A DNA stretch of 64,000 nt from assembly GCA_963708025.1 (NCBI GenBank), contig CAVPSB010000012.1, positions 411,195 through 475,194 on the forward strand, written 5' to 3'. The position numbers and the translations under genes were made by a program. Shown piece by piece: positions 63,104 through 64,000 of the stretch. Positions within the stretch are counted from its first letter, which is position 1. Every line of letters starts with the position of its first letter. The notes under the pieces were generated by a model. That model saw only the letters and a list, made by a program, of their open reading frames with translations. It made no database searches and was not told the origin of the DNA. The stretch is from an uncultured Candidatus Rokubacteria bacterium (GTDB lineage: Bacteria; Methylomirabilota; Methylomirabilia; Rokubacteriales; DASRDR01).

Positions 63104-64000
63104 CTAGCCGGCGGAGTTGCGGAGCAGCTGCACGTAGAACTTGATCAGCGCCGCGTACGCGTTGACCGCCATGCGCTCGTTCGTGCCGTGGATGCGGCTC
63201 AGGTCCCCCGGCGTGAAGGTCATCGGGCGGAACCGATACACGGCCTCGGTGATGCCGAGGAAATGGGCGCTGTCGGTGCGGGCGAGCACCAGGCCCGGCA
63301 CGACCAGCACCCCCGGAAACGTCTGCCGGATCGTGGTGGCCACGGTGCGGAAGCTGGCGGAGTCGGTCGGGGAGACGGGGCTCGGTTCTTCCTGCTTCAC
63401 GGCCTTGATGCTCACCCGCGGGTCGCCGATCACGCCCGTGGCGTGCTCCGTGACGCTCGCCGAGCTGTCCCCCGGTAGGATCCGGAAATTGACGACGGCG
63501 GTGGCCACCTTGGGGAGCACGTTGTCCCTCGTGCCGCCCTGGGCGATCGTCACCGCCGTCGTGGTGCGGATGGCCGCATTCGTCGCCGGCGAGCGCGCGA
63601 GCGGGCGTTTCACGACCGGCCCGAAGAGCCAGAGGTTGACGAAGGCCATCCGGGGCAGGAAGGGCATCTCCGGCGCCGCCCCCACGAAGAGCTCGATGGC
63701 CGGCGGCCTGAGGACCGCCGGCATGGGGTTGGTCTCCAGGCGCTGGATGGCGGCCGCGAGAATGCCGATCGCCGTCTGCGGCGGCGGCATCGAGGCGTGG
63801 CCCCCGCTGTCGGTGGCGGTCAACTCTAGGGTCAGCCAGCCCTTCTCGGCGGTGCCGATCATGACGACGGGGCGACTCACGCCGGGGATGAGGCCGTCGC
63901 CGATGACCAGCCCCTCGTCGAGCGCGAAGTCGAGCGCGACCCCCCGCGACTTCAGGAGGGCCGCGATCCTCTGGGCGCCGTCGTGGCCTCTGATCTCCTC
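63104..64000 (-). CDS. M20 family peptidase (carboxypeptidase S/PM20D1-like), 3' part
   Basis: EE..G, LDEG, IGTAEKG, GGHASMPP, RTTTA, IHGTNE; the frame is open to the window end. Confidence 0.88.
   Translation of the reverse strand, partial: EEIRGHDGAQRIAALLKSRGVALDFALDEGLVIGDGLIPGVSRPVVMIGTAEKGWLTLELTATDSGGHASMPPPQTAIGILAAAIQRLETNPMPAVLRPPAIELFVGAAPEMPFLPRMAFVNLWLFGPVVKRPLARSPATNAAIRTTTAVTIAQGGTRDNVLPKVATAVVNFRILPGDSSASVTEHATGVIGDPRVSIKAVKQEEPSPVSPTDSASFRTVATTIRQTFPGVLVVPGLVLARTDSAHFLGITEAVYRFRPMTFTPGDLSRIHGTNERMAVNAYAALIKFYVQLLRNSAG

Overview
Very GC-rich, gene-dense bacterial DNA. The expanded 'AAPxAAEAQQ..KVARIGYL' ABC substrate-binding family and the GC-rich palindromic repeats resemble Candidatus Rokubacteria; this is an inference. 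Several single-base frameshifts sit in homopolymers of core genes (aconitase, icd, Mo-enzyme), which points to a long-read or MAG assembly. Contents from left to right: htpX-like/lemA; a TolB-like/DinB/M28 peptidase cluster; PIG-L deacetylase; IclR and a symporter; uvrA; an EF-G paralogue; an Fe-S hydro-lyase alpha/beta pair; DksA/TraR; an HprK-like kinase with comA; a heavily broken DUF2760 + two-Hsp70 module flanked by gene debris; NrfCD + Mo-oxidoreductase + ThDP enzyme; three TA pairs; a fused IOR; a second SDH/FRD-like operon; a long TCA operon (acn-icd-mdh-fumarase alpha/beta-sdh-sucCD-ndk-accC-accB); an LLM oxidoreductase; a Dictyostelium GbpA/B-like cNMP phosphodiesterase; and an M20 peptidase. 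The most unusual signal is a set of structured palindromic inserts at gene junctions. Three of them, in the TCA operon, duplicate the RBS/stop-start overlap and form short 'relay' ORFs that would preserve translational coupling, and three further junctions show similar coupled mini-ORFs. No rRNA, tRNA or CRISPR array was recognised.
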